Shown piece after piece: positions 35,336-46,527 of a DNA stretch of 64,000 nt (positions within the stretch are counted from its first letter, which is position 1; each line of letters opens with the position of its first letter). This DNA comes from Bilabrum cf. latius (taxonomy: Eukaryota), in NCBI GenBank assembly GCA_965178125.1, contig OZ237758.1:248001-312000 (forward strand). The letters are read 5' to 3'. The translations under genes and the position numbers were made by a program. Below the pieces are notes generated by a model. That model made no database searches, had not been told where the DNA came from, and saw nothing but the letters and a program-made list of their open reading frames with translations.

Positions 35336-37589
35336 CCGTCAGGGGGCTCATTACCGGAATAAAAATCGCCGATTGGGCCTATTTTCAGGGGCCGTGTTCC
35401 AACCATTGAAAATCATTAAAGAGAATAATAACTAATGTAATATGATATTTACTTCATTAATAGTATTGTGTGCAAATTTCAAGTCTGCAACGTACTTATT
35501 GACGAAGATACAGCGGGTGCAGTTCAAGCTGTCGGCCACCGAGCACGGGATTCACGAAATTCGCCCCGGCAGGTCGCATAGGAGGATATATTTCAGATAG
35601 CGTTCATGCTTTCATTCCTCGATGAATCGGCATGATCTTCTCTCTCACACTAAATGTATTTATAATTATACTAATGGCGGTCTGAAATTGCACGAATTGC
35701 AGTTATTGATGCCTGGGTTTGGTGAAGAGCGTGGGCGGGCCGCTGTGAGCAATTTTCGAGGCACCTGCATCCTATTTCCTGTGCACCCATTGGCCTCATC
35801 AGGCGGCTACAGTATGTTATCCGTACAAAAGAGCATTGTAGATCCACACGTGCTTGCTGCTCGCAACGACGAGCCTGGTGCCTCCCGGTTTCTGCCAGAG
35901 GGCTGCATGGGCTGGTTGTAGTTTTTTCTGCCTGCAATGCGTGTTCGGCATACCTGATGGTTAATACTCTCAATTTTGTGATATTTATATATGAAGTATT
36001 AACGATGAGCTTTATGGGCATGTGGATCCAGTTATTCGTCTGATGCAGCGTGACTGGCAAGCAACTTGCACTGTCCAAAGATAGTGTGCATACATCCTTT
36101 ACATGAGACCTAAGATGAATTTCCGTAGCAGTGATCTAATGCAAAGGATCTTGTTGAACTGCTGCGGTTGCACAGTGCATGTTCTAGTTTCCTCCGACTC
36201 TACATGAGGGCCCTAGTTTGCCTCGACCCCAGGCTGCATACAGCTGCGTCCCAGCTGCCACCACGGCCCATATTAACTTACAACACCTAGCAGGTCCCAC
36301 AGACATCCTCTGTTACTATTTAACACTGCAAGTAGCTACTTTATCCCGTTTATTGCTAATTGAAAGCTTGCAGCCCCCCGCGCAGTTGCTAGCAGGCTTG
36401 GCACGTCCGCCTCCTTCTCAGGGTTGCACGACCATTTCATGGGACGATCAACAGACGACAACCCCTCTAATTCAGCAATGCTATGGCTTCAACCATCTGG
36501 TAAGGCGGGACTATCAGAACCGTACTATATCTGCTGCATGGACCTGCCCCCCAAGGTGCCCCCCGCGACGTGTCACAGCTCTTCCGTGTGGTTGGGCCTA
36601 CTGTGCTATACTGAGATTTGGACCGGTGCTCTCAACACTTAACACCATAAAATGTCATCAGCGTTCCTCTGCTAGCCACGCGATCCATAGCCTTGCCTTT
36701 TGGTCTGAACAGTGGTGGTGTCATGAGCAGTAGCTGCCTGAGCCCGCAGTTGCCGAGCCCCTGCCGTGCAGCCTCATACACCAAAGCCGCAAAGACAGTC
36801 ATGCTCAAATGGCAGTAAATATGTCAAAGAGATTGTGGTTACGCTACCGGGGCATACACAGGGCTGTGGGTCGTGGGGCTTGCCATGCTCCAATTCCCTT
36901 CCACAACTGCTCAACCCTCCGCCAAGTCCGTGGCAACCTTGCTTGACTTCTCCTGACCGCACTCACTGCATGCTTACGCCAATATGAGTATTATATGTGT
37001 TGCAGGCTTTGATTCAGCCGTTATGCTTCAAAAAAGCCCGGAGGCTGACGCAACAAGCGAACCACTGGTCGATAGCTTACCAGGGTGCCAGTGCCAGAAA
37101 AATTATGCTGCACATGCTCATACCCCGCAAGACTAATAAGTACTTAATGAAAATTGATACCATAAGGTTCAATTCGCCCAGGACATGTGCCTTGCTATAG
37201 CGAGGTTTTGCAACTCTTGTCCAGCCTTGCCTGCTCAGGAAATACGGTACTTATGGAATATCAATGGGTTGACGGATACCACGACAAGCCAGAATATATG
37301 TATATTTACCCATAAAGCTGCTTGAATTATCGAAATGAGCTCAATTGACACGTTGAAGGTGACCGACGCTTGGCTACGAAGCAGCACCAAAAGTTAGCCT
37401 CGCCTTACCGTAAATTTACAAAGTCAAACGAGATATTAACACCCATAAAATGAGATCAAGCTCATTAATATTCAGTTAGGATTAATTATAGCATGTTTTA
37501 ATGATTCCAGGAGTAATGAAGAGCCGGTAAAGGGCAGTCCGTTTATGCTGCCTGCTCGCCCGAGATTCCGGTAATGAGCCCCCTGACGG
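35336..37589. mobile_element. 2.25-kb AT-rich DNA-transposon-like element with perfect 25-bp TIRs, probably non-autonomous
   Basis: CCGTCAGGGGGCTCATTACCGGAAT at 35336-35360 and its exact reverse complement at 37565-37589. AA flanks both sides. No recognisable transposase. Confidence 0.85.
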
Positions 37590-37959
37590 AACCGGAACCG
37601 GAAGCCTTCAAGTCGCTCAGCCTGAGCGCCGCGATGCAACACCCGGACAGCGACACTCGATGCTGACATTCACAAGCCTCGCTTCCGGCACGCCCCTTGG
37701 CCCCCTTGGCTCCTCTGCGAATGGCTGGCAGCGGCTGATATCAGAGGCTGTCCATAGCCACAGGCCTCAAGCCACTGGCAGGCAGAAGGCTTAGGGTTGG
37801 GGAACAGAAGAAAAGTTTCCCAGCGAGCGAGATGGGCAGGTGAGAGGGGGGAACACAGAAGTGTGGAGCGAGAGGGAGAAACGAATACTCGGTGCAAGCT
37901 GTGGAGGGGGGAGTGGTGCCGCCGAGATAGCCGCAACCAAAAAAGTATAAAACGAAGTC

Positions 37960-40900
37960 GAGGGCGAGGAGCAAAAACTCGGTGCAAGCTGTGGGTGGGT
38001 GGGTGTCCCAAGACGCGGACGGGCCGCCGAGATACCGGGAGGCGGGCAAGCCGGCAAGCCGGCCAGCGGGCCAGCCCCAGCGAGCCAGACGGGTGGACGG
38101 GAGTAAAAACGAAAAGTCGAGGGCGAGGGCGAGAAGCAAAAACGCGGTGCAAGCTGTGGGTGGGTGTCCCAAGACGCGGACGGGCCGCCGAGATACCGGG
38201 AGGCGGGCAAGCCGGCAAGCCGGCAAGCCCCAGCGAGCCAGCGAGCCAGACGGGTGGACGGGTGGACGGGAGTAAAAACAGAAAAGTCGAGGGCGAGAAG
38301 CAAAAACGCGGTGCAAGCTGTGGGTGGGTGTCCCAAGACGCGGACGGGCCGCCGAGATACCGGGAGGCGGGCCAGCCGGCAAGCCGGCCAGCGGGCCAGC
38401 CCCAGCGAGCCAGACGGGTGGACGGGTGGACGGGAGTAAAAAAGAAAAGTCGAGGGCGAGTGGGAGAAGCAAAAACGCGGTGCAAGCTGTGGGTGGGTGT
38501 CCCAAGACGCGGACGGGCCGCCGAGATACCGGGAGGCGGGCCAGCCGGCAAGCCGGCCAGCGGGCCAGCCCCAGCGAGCCAGACGGGTGGACGGGAGTAA
38601 AAACGAAAAGTCGAGGGCGAGGGCGAGAAGCAAAAACGCGGTGCAAGCTGTGGGTGGGTGTCCCAAGACGCGGACGGGCCGCCGAGATACCGGGAGGCGG
38701 GCAAGCCGGCAAGCCGGCAAGCCCCAGCGAGCCAGCGAGCCAGACGGGTGGACGGGTGGACGGGAGTAAAAACGAAAAGTCGAGGGCGAGGGCGAGAAGC
38801 AAAAACGCGGTGCAAGCTGTGGGTGGGTGTCCCAAGACGCGGACGGGCCGCCGAGATACCGGGAGGCGGGCCAGCCGGCAAGCCGGCCAGCGGGCCAGCC
38901 CCAGCGAGCCAGACGGGTGGACGGGTGGACGGGAGTAAAAACGAAAAGTCGAGGGCGAGTGGGAGAAGCAAAAACGCGGTGCAAGCTGTGGGTGGGTGTC
39001 CCAAGACGCGGACGGGCCGCCGAGATACCGGGAGGCGGGCCAGCCGGCAAGCCGGCCAGCGGGCCAGCCCCAGCGAGCCAGACGGGTGGACGGGTGGACG
39101 GGAGTAAAAAAGAAAAGTCGAGGGCGAGGGCGAGAAGCAAAAACGCGGTGCAAGCTGTGGGTGGGTGTCCCAAGACGCGGACGGGCCGCCGAGATACCGG
39201 GAGGCGGGCCAGCCGGCAAGCCGGCCAGCGGGCCAGCCCCAGCGAGCCAGACGGGTGGACGGGTGGACGGGAGTAAAAAAGAAAAGTCGAGGGCGAGAAG
39301 CAAAAACGCGGTGCAAGCTGTGCGTGGGTGTCCCAAGACGCGGACGGGCCGCCGAGATACCGGGAGGCGGGCCAGCCGGCAAGCCGGCCAGCGGGCCAGC
39401 CCCAGCGAGCCAGACGGGTGGACGGGTGGACGGGAGTAAAAACAGAAAAGTCGAGGGCGAGAAGCAAAAACGCGGTGCAAGCTGTGGGTGGGTGTCCCAA
39501 GACGCGGACGGGCCGCCGAGATACCGGGAGGCGGGCCAGCCGGCAAGCCGGCCAGCGGGCCAGCCCCAGCGAGCCAGACGGGTGGACGGGTGGACGGGAG
39601 TAAAAAAGAAAAGTCGAGGGCGAGAAGCAAAAACGCGGTGCAAGCTGTGCGTGGGTGTCCCAAGACGCGGACGGGCCGCCGAGATACCGGGAGGCGGGCA
39701 AGCCGGCAAGCCGGCCAGCGGGCCAGCCCCAGCGAGCCAGACGGGTGGACGGGTGGACGGGAGTAAAAACAGAAAAGTCGAGGGCGAGAAGCAAAAACGC
39801 GGTGCAAGCTGTGGGTGGGTGTCCCAAGACGCGGACGGGCCGCCGAGATACCGGGAGGCGGGCAAGCCGGCAAGCCGGCCAGCGGGCCAGCCCCAGCGAG
39901 CCAGACGGGTGGACGGGTGGACGGGAGTAAAAAAGAAAAGTCGAGGGCGAGAAGCAAAAACGCGGTGCAAGCTGTGGGTGGGTGTCCCAAGACGCGGACG
40001 GGCCGCCGAGATACCGGGAGGCGGGCCAGCCGGCAAGCCGGCCAGCGGGCCAGCCCCAGCGAGCCAGACGGGTGGACGGGTGGACGGGAGTAAAAACAGA
40101 AAAGTCGAGGGCGAGAAGCAAAAACGCGGTGCAAGCTGTGGGTGGGTGTCCCAAGACGCGGACGGGCCGCCGAGATACCGGGAGGCGGGCAAGCCGGCAA
40201 GCCGGCCAGCGGGCCAGCCCCAGCGAGCCAGACGGGTGGACGGGTGGACGGGAGTAAAAAAGAAAAGTCGAGGGCGAGAAGCAAAAACGCGGTGCAAGCT
40301 GTGGGTGGGTGTCCCAAGACGCGGACGGGCCGCCGAGATACCGGGAGGCGGGCCAGCCGGCAAGCCGGCCAGCGGGCCAGCCCCAGCGAGCCAGACGGGT
40401 GGACGGGTGGACGGGAGTAAAAACAGAAAAGTCGAGGGCGAGAAGCAAAAACGCGGTGCAAGCTGTGGGTGGGTGTCCCAAGACGCGGACGGGCCGCCGA
40501 GATACCGGGAGGCGGGCCAGCCGGCAAGCCGGCCAGCGGGCCAGCCCCAGCGAGCCAGACGGGTGGACGGGTGGACGGGAGTAAAAACAGAAAAGTCGAG
40601 GGCGAGAAGCAAAAACGCGGTGCAAGCTGTGGGTGGGTGTCCCAAGACGCGGACGGGCCGCCGAGATACCGGGAGGCGGGCCAGCCGGCAAGCCGGCCAG
40701 CGGGCCAGCCCCAGCGAGCCAGACGGGTGGACGGGTGGACGGGAGTAAAAACAGAAAAGTCGAGGGCGAGAAGCAAAAACGCGGTGCAAGCTGTGGGTGG
40801 GTGTCCCAAGACGCGGACGGGCCGCCGAGATACCGGGAGGCGGGCAAGCCGGCAAGCCGGCCAGCGGGCCAGCCCCAGCGAGCCAGACGGGTGGACGGGT

Positions 40901-43900
40901 GGACGGGAGTAAAAACAGAAAAGTCGAGGGCGAGAAGCAAAAACGCGGTGCAAGCTGTGGGTGGGTGTCCCAAGACGCGGACGGGCCGCCGAGATACCGG
41001 GAGGCGGGCAAGCCGGCAAGCCGGCCAGCGGGCCAGCCCCAGCGAGCCAGACGGGTGGACGGGTGGACGGGAGTAAAAAAGAAAAGTCGAGGGCGAGAAG
41101 CAAAAACGCGGTGCAAGCTGTGCGTGGGTGTCCCAAGACGCGGACGGGCCGCCGAGATACCGGGAGGCGGGCAAGCCGGCAAGCCGGCCAGCGGGCCAGC
41201 CCCAGCGAGCCAGACGGGTGGACGGGTGGACGGGAGTAAAAACAGAAAAGTCGAGGGCGAGAAGCAAAAACGCGGTGCAAGCTGTGGGTGGGTGTCCCAA
41301 GACGCGGACGGGCCGCCGAGATACCGGGAGGCGGGCAAGCCGGCAAGCCGGCCAGCGGGCCAGCCCCAGCGAGCCAGACGGGTGGACGGGTGGACGGGAG
41401 TAAAAAAGAAAAGTCGAGGGCGAGAAGCAAAAACGCGGTGCAAGCTGTGGGTGGGTGTCCCAAGACGCGGACGGGCCGCCGAGATACCGGGAGGCGGGCC
41501 AGCCGGCAAGCCGGCCAGCGGGCCAGCCCCAGCGAGCCAGACGGGTGGACGGGTGGACGGGAGTAAAAACAGAAAGTCGAGGGCGAGAAGCAAAAACGCG
41601 GTGCAAGCTGTGGGTGGGTGTCCCAAGACGCGGACGGGCCGCCGAGATACCGGGAGGCGGGCAAGCCGGCAAGCCGGCCAGCGGGCCAGCCCCAGCGAGC
41701 CAGACGGGTGGACGGGTGGACGGGAGTAAAAACAGAAAAGTCGAGGGCGAGAAGCAAAAACGCGGTGCAAGCTGTGGGTGGGTGTCCCAAGACGCGGACG
41801 GGCCGCCGAGATACCGGGAGGCGGGCCAGCCGGCAAGCCGGCCAGCGGGCCAGCCCCAGCGAGCCAGACGGGTGGACGGGTGGACGGGAGTAAAAAAGAA
41901 AAGTCGAGGGCGAGTGGGAGAAGCAAAAACGCGGTGCAAGCTGTGGGTGGGTGTCCCAAGACGCGGACGGGCCGCCGAGATACCGGGAGGCGGGCCAGCC
42001 GGCAAGCCGGCCAGCGGGCCAGCCCCAGCGAGCCAGACGGGTGGACGGGTGGACGGGAGTAAAAAAGAAAAGTCGAGGGCGAGGGCGAGAAGCAAAAACG
42101 CGGTGCAAGCTGTGGGTGGGTGTCCCAAGACGCGGACGGGCCGCCGAGATACCGGGAGGCGGGCCAGCCGGCAAGCCGGCCAGCGGGCCAGCCCCAGCGA
42201 GCCAGACGGGTGGACGGGTGGACGGGAGTAAAAAAGAAAAGTCGAGGGCGAGAAGCAAAAACGCGGTGCAAGCTGTGCGTGGGTGTCCCAAGACGCGGAC
42301 GGGCCGCCGAGATACCGGGAGGCGGGCAAGCCGGCAAGCCGGCCAGCGGGCCAGCCCCAGCGAGCCAGACGGGTGGACGGGTGGACGGGAGTAAAAACAG
42401 AAAAGTCGAGGGCGAGAAGCAAAAACGCGGTGCAAGCTGTGGGTGGGTGTCCCAAGACGCGGACGGGCCGCCGAGATACCGGGAGGCGGGCCAGCCGGCA
42501 AGCCGGCCAGCGGGCCAGCCCCAGCGAGCCAGACGGGTGGACGGGTGGACGGGAGTAAAAAAGAAAAGTCGAGGGCGAGAAGCAAAAACGCGGTGCAAGC
42601 TGTGGGTGGGTGTCCCAAGACGCGGACGGGCCGCCGAGATACCGGGAGGCGGGCAAGCCGGCAAGCCGGCCAGCGGGCCAGCCCCAGCGAGCCAGACGGG
42701 TGGACGGGTGGACGGGAGTAAAAACAGAAAAGTCGAGGGCGAGAAGCAAAAACGCGGTGCAAGCTGTGGGTGGGTGTCCCAAGACGCGGACGGGCCGCCG
42801 AGATACCGGGAGGCGGGCAAGCCGGCAAGCCGGCCAGCGGGCCAGCCCCAGCGAGCCAGACGGGTGGACGGGTGGACGGGAGTAAAAAAGAAAAGTCGAG
42901 GGCGAGAAGCAAAAACGCGGTGCAAGCTGTGCGTGGGTGTCCCAAGACGCGGACGGGCCGCCGAGATACCGGGAGGCGGGCCAGCCGGCAAGCCGGCCAG
43001 CGGGCCAGCCCCAGCGAGCCAGACGGGTGGACGGGTGGACGGGAGTAAAAACAGAAAAGTCGAGGGCGAGAAGCAAAAACGCGGTGCAAGCTGTGGGTGG
43101 GTGTCCCAAGACGCGGACGGGCCGCCGAGATACCGGGAGGCGGGCAAGCCGGCAAGCCGGCCAGCGGGCCAGCCCCAGCGAGCCAGACGGGTGGACGGGT
43201 GGACGGGAGTAAAAAAGAAAAGTCGAGGGCGAGAAGCAAAAACGCGGTGCAAGCTGTGGGTGGGTGTCCCAAGACGCGGACGGGCCGCCGAGATACCGGG
43301 AGGCGGGCCAGCCGGCAAGCCGGCCAGCGGGCCAGCCCCAGCGAGCCAGACGGGTGGACGGGTGGACGGGAGTAAAAACAGAAAAGTCGAGGGCGAGAAG
43401 CAAAAACGCGGTGCAAGCTGTGCGTGGGTGTCCCAAGACGCGGACGGGCCGCCGAGATACCGGGAGGCGGGCAAGCCGGCAAGCCGGCCAGCGGGCCAGC
43501 CCCAGCGAGCCAGACGGGTGGACGGGTGGACGGGAGTAAAAACAGAAAAGTCGAGGGCGAGAAGCAAAAACGCGGTGCAAGCTGTGGGTGGGTGTCCCAA
43601 GACGCGGACGGGCCGCCGAGATACCGGGAGGCGGGCCAGCCGGCAAGCCGGCCAGCGGGCCAGCCCCAGCGAGCCAGACGGGTGGACGGGTGGACGGGAG
43701 TAAAAACAGAAAAGTCGAGGGCGAGAAGCAAAAACGCGGTGCAAGCTGTGGGTGGGTGTCCCAAGACGCGGACGGGCCGCCGAGATACCGGGAGGCGGGC
43801 CAGCCGGCAAGCCGGCCAGCGGGCCAGCCCCAGCGAGCCAGACGGGTGGACGGGTGGACGGGAGTAAAAACGAAAAGTCGAGGGCGAGTGGGAGAAGCAA

Positions 43901-44587
43901 AAACGCGGTGCAAGCTGTGGGTGGGTGTCCCAAGACGCGGACGGGCCGCCGAGATACCGGGAGGCGGGCCAGCCGGCAAGCCGGCCAGCGGGCCAGCCCC
44001 AGCGAGCCAGACGGGTGGACGGGTGGACGGGAGTAAAAAAGAAAAGTCGAGGGCGAGGGCGAGAAGCAAAAACGCGGTGCAAGCTGTGGGTGGGTGTCCC
44101 AAGACGCGGACGGGCCGCCGAGATACCGGGAGGCGGGCCAGCCGGCAAGCCGGCCAGCGGGCCAGCCCCAGCGAGCCAGACGGGTGGACGGGTGGACGGG
44201 AGTAAAAACAGAAAAGTCGAGGGCGAGAAGCAAAAACGCGGTGCAAGCTGTGGGTGGGTGTCCCAAGACGCGGACGGGCCGCCGAGATACCGGGAGGCGG
44301 GCAAGCCGGCAAGCCGGCCAGCGGGCCAGCCCCAGCGAGCCAGACGGGTGGACGGGTGGACGGGAGTAAAAACAGAAAAGTCGAGGGCGAGAAGCAAAAA
44401 CGCGGTGCAAGCTGTGGGTGGGTGTCCCAAGACGCGGACGGGCCGCCGAGATACCGGGAGGCGGGCAAGCCGGCAAGCCGGCCAGCGGGCCAGCCCCAGC
44501 GAGCCAGACGGGTGGACGGGTGGACGGGAGTAAAAAAGAAAAGTCGAGGGCGAGGGCGAGAAGCAAAAACGCGGTGCAAGCTGTGGG
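37960..44587. repeat. Satellite with ~161-169-bp unit, about 40 copies; each unit contains the tRNA-Leu 3' end and its oligo-T terminator
   Basis: Each unit carries AAGCAAAAACGCGGTGCAAGCTGTGGG (minus strand CCCACAGCTTGCA-CCGCG-TTTTT). The last unit runs straight into the tRNA. A degenerate copy lies near 37890. Confidence 0.97.
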
Positions 44588-44657
44588 ATTCGAACCCACG
44601 AGTACGAATACATTGCGACCTGAACACAACCCCTTAGACCAGCTCGGGCAAACTTGC
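44575..44657 (-). tRNA. trnL(CAG): tRNA-Leu (anticodon CAG)
   Basis: Acceptor stem GCAAGTT/AGCTTGC plus discriminator A. D-loop AGCTGGTCTA. Anticodon arm TTGTG-TTCAGGT-CGCAA. Long variable arm. T-arm GTGGG-TTCGAAT-CCCAC. TTTTT lies 5 nt downstream. Confidence 0.93.
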
Positions 44658-45031
44658 ATAAGAGCGTCGTTAAAAGTAGGTATACGAACACTTTGTTTAG
44701 AATAGTGAGGCACTTTCTGCTGCGGTCTTAATCGACTTTGCCATAACGCTTGAGCCCTACTTCGTTTTATTGCTGCATTTTAGTTGCGCATAACACCCTA
44801 CTGTAGGTTAGCTAAACTGCAGCGTTTGCGCGCTTGACGGGGTCGACTCGTCCACGCGCAGCCACGACTTCTGCCTGGCGTGAAAAGGCGGAATCCGCCA
44901 CGCCGGCGATCGAAGCGGCTGTCAATCGGCACAGCTGTCTGGGTCAGTGCGCAATTTGTCGCGCGATACTGTGGGCTCGAAACGCAGCTGGCTGATCTTC
45001 GCGGCGTCGCAGGGAGCGGGCCCAACGAGAG

Positions 45032-46015
45032 ATGGCGGGCCGAGGTCGTGGAAGGGGGCGGCCGCCGGCCGGCAGCTCCCGTGAAATGCTCATGAATGCC
45101 GTGTAGAATCTGCAGGTGCAGGGAAGGGTCACGGATGGCGTCGGCGAGGACGGACCCGCCCCGGCGTACCCGATCATGACGCTGCCAAAGTTCGAGTTCA
45201 CGCAGCACGACGGAGAGCTGTGCCGCGTCGCCGCGCACCGGCGAGCAAAGATGAAAGAGTGCTGCTTTCACGTGGCCAGGGAGCACGAGCGTCTCGAGGT
45301 CGAGCGGCAGCCGTCGTTTGGGCCGGGGCCGGCGGCCGCTCCTCCCGGACGGCCTTCGTCGGCCTAGGCCTCGTCCGCCGCGGCCGGCGGCGTGCCGCCG
45401 CGCCAGGTGACCCTCATGCAGCGTCTGGAGCTGCTGTCCCTTGCCCGCAGCCGCATGCTGCCCCGGGAGATCCTTGGCATGCATCGGGCGGACCTGGCTC
45501 GGCTGGCGGCTGCAGCCAGCGGTGTGGCCCGGCCCCCTCCTCGCTCCGGGGCCAGGGGGGGCCCGGGGGGTGCTGCTGCTGGCCGGAGGAGGAGAGCTGG
45601 CGGTTCCTCGTCCTCCTCGTCTGCGTCTGCGGGTTCCAAGGGAGGGTCTTCGTCCCGGAAGCGGAGGCGAGTGGGCGCCGGCGGTGTCGGTGTGGCGGCG
45701 GCCGGCTCGGGCGACGAAGAGGAGTAGGAGGAGGAGGAGGACGACGAGGATGGGGAGGATGGCCTGGGCCTGGGCGTTGGGTTGGGAGAGGACGAGGAGG
45801 GTGGCGACAAAGGCGGGGGAGAGGGAGAGGGTGGCGATGAAGCGACTGGCGGGGCCGGGGCCGGGCAGGCGGGGGAGGGCGAGGAGGACGACGATGGGCT
45901 GGGGCTGGGCGGGGGCGAGCCCGAGGAGGGGGAAGACGAGGATTTCAACGATTACGCAGATGCTCACGGGGTGGATGACGACGACGAGGGGATGGACGAG
46001 GGGGACGAGCTGTGA
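45032..46015 (+). CDS. RPC7: RNA polymerase III subunit RPC7/C31-like; 3 TAGs
   Basis: MAGRGRGRGR N-terminus, 'PAPAYP', and a highly acidic tail with 'NDY...DDDD'. TAGs at 45104, 45365 and 45725. Ends at TGA. Confidence 0.75.
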
Positions 46016-46527
46016 TCTGGTTCTAGTCTGCTCTCTGGGGCTCGAATCGATTCGATTCGATTCGATTCTGGGGGGGCTTGGCGCACGAGGCCCGAACGAT
46101 CCGGCCCTCGCTGGCAAGCAGTGAGAGCAGTCGCTGGTGCCGCCCTTGCGGCTAGGAAGTCCTCTGTCGGCCCATGCGTGGTACTGGGCAGGGCGTGGCT
46201 GCAGCTCCGGGTCTTGCGCGCAAGTCGAGCATCGCCGTGGAGAGCAATCGAATCCCCGAATCCGCTGGTTGCAGCTTGAAACAAGAGTTTAGCACTTGTT
46301 TGCCATCGGCACTCAATTTCTCCGTAAGATTATATGCACCCCGCAGCCAAAATGCAAGCCAGGTTTCCTTCCAGCTTGTGAGCTGTGTCTGTCACTGCCG
46401 CGCCAGCCATGCTTGGTGCGCAGCCAAGCGACTCGAACGCAAGCTCTTCTAAGTACATATGCACTATCAAATTGTACTTACGCGAAGCACTTGCTCTGTC
46501 CGCAGATATATCAACAATCGAAGCAGT

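Noticed and set aside
44575-44657. Amber suppressor tRNA
   Set aside because: The anticodon is CAG with a Leu-type long variable arm. The CTA present is in the D-loop.
37670-44713. Three >2200-aa ORFs on the minus strand
   Set aside because: Artefact of a satellite lacking stops on one strand. Unit lengths are mostly not multiples of three and all frames cycle through the same peptides.
45715-45750. UAG=Glu, suggested by a TAG inside the poly-Glu tract of RPC7
   Set aside because: Low-complexity context, where GAG>TAG is a single change. The conserved PLD ENQFF site and Gln-rich contexts favour Gln.
44575-46015. Functional clustering of a tRNA gene, RPC7 and exportin-T
   Set aside because: Likely coincidence; exportin-T is 40 kb away and there is no evidence of co-regulation.
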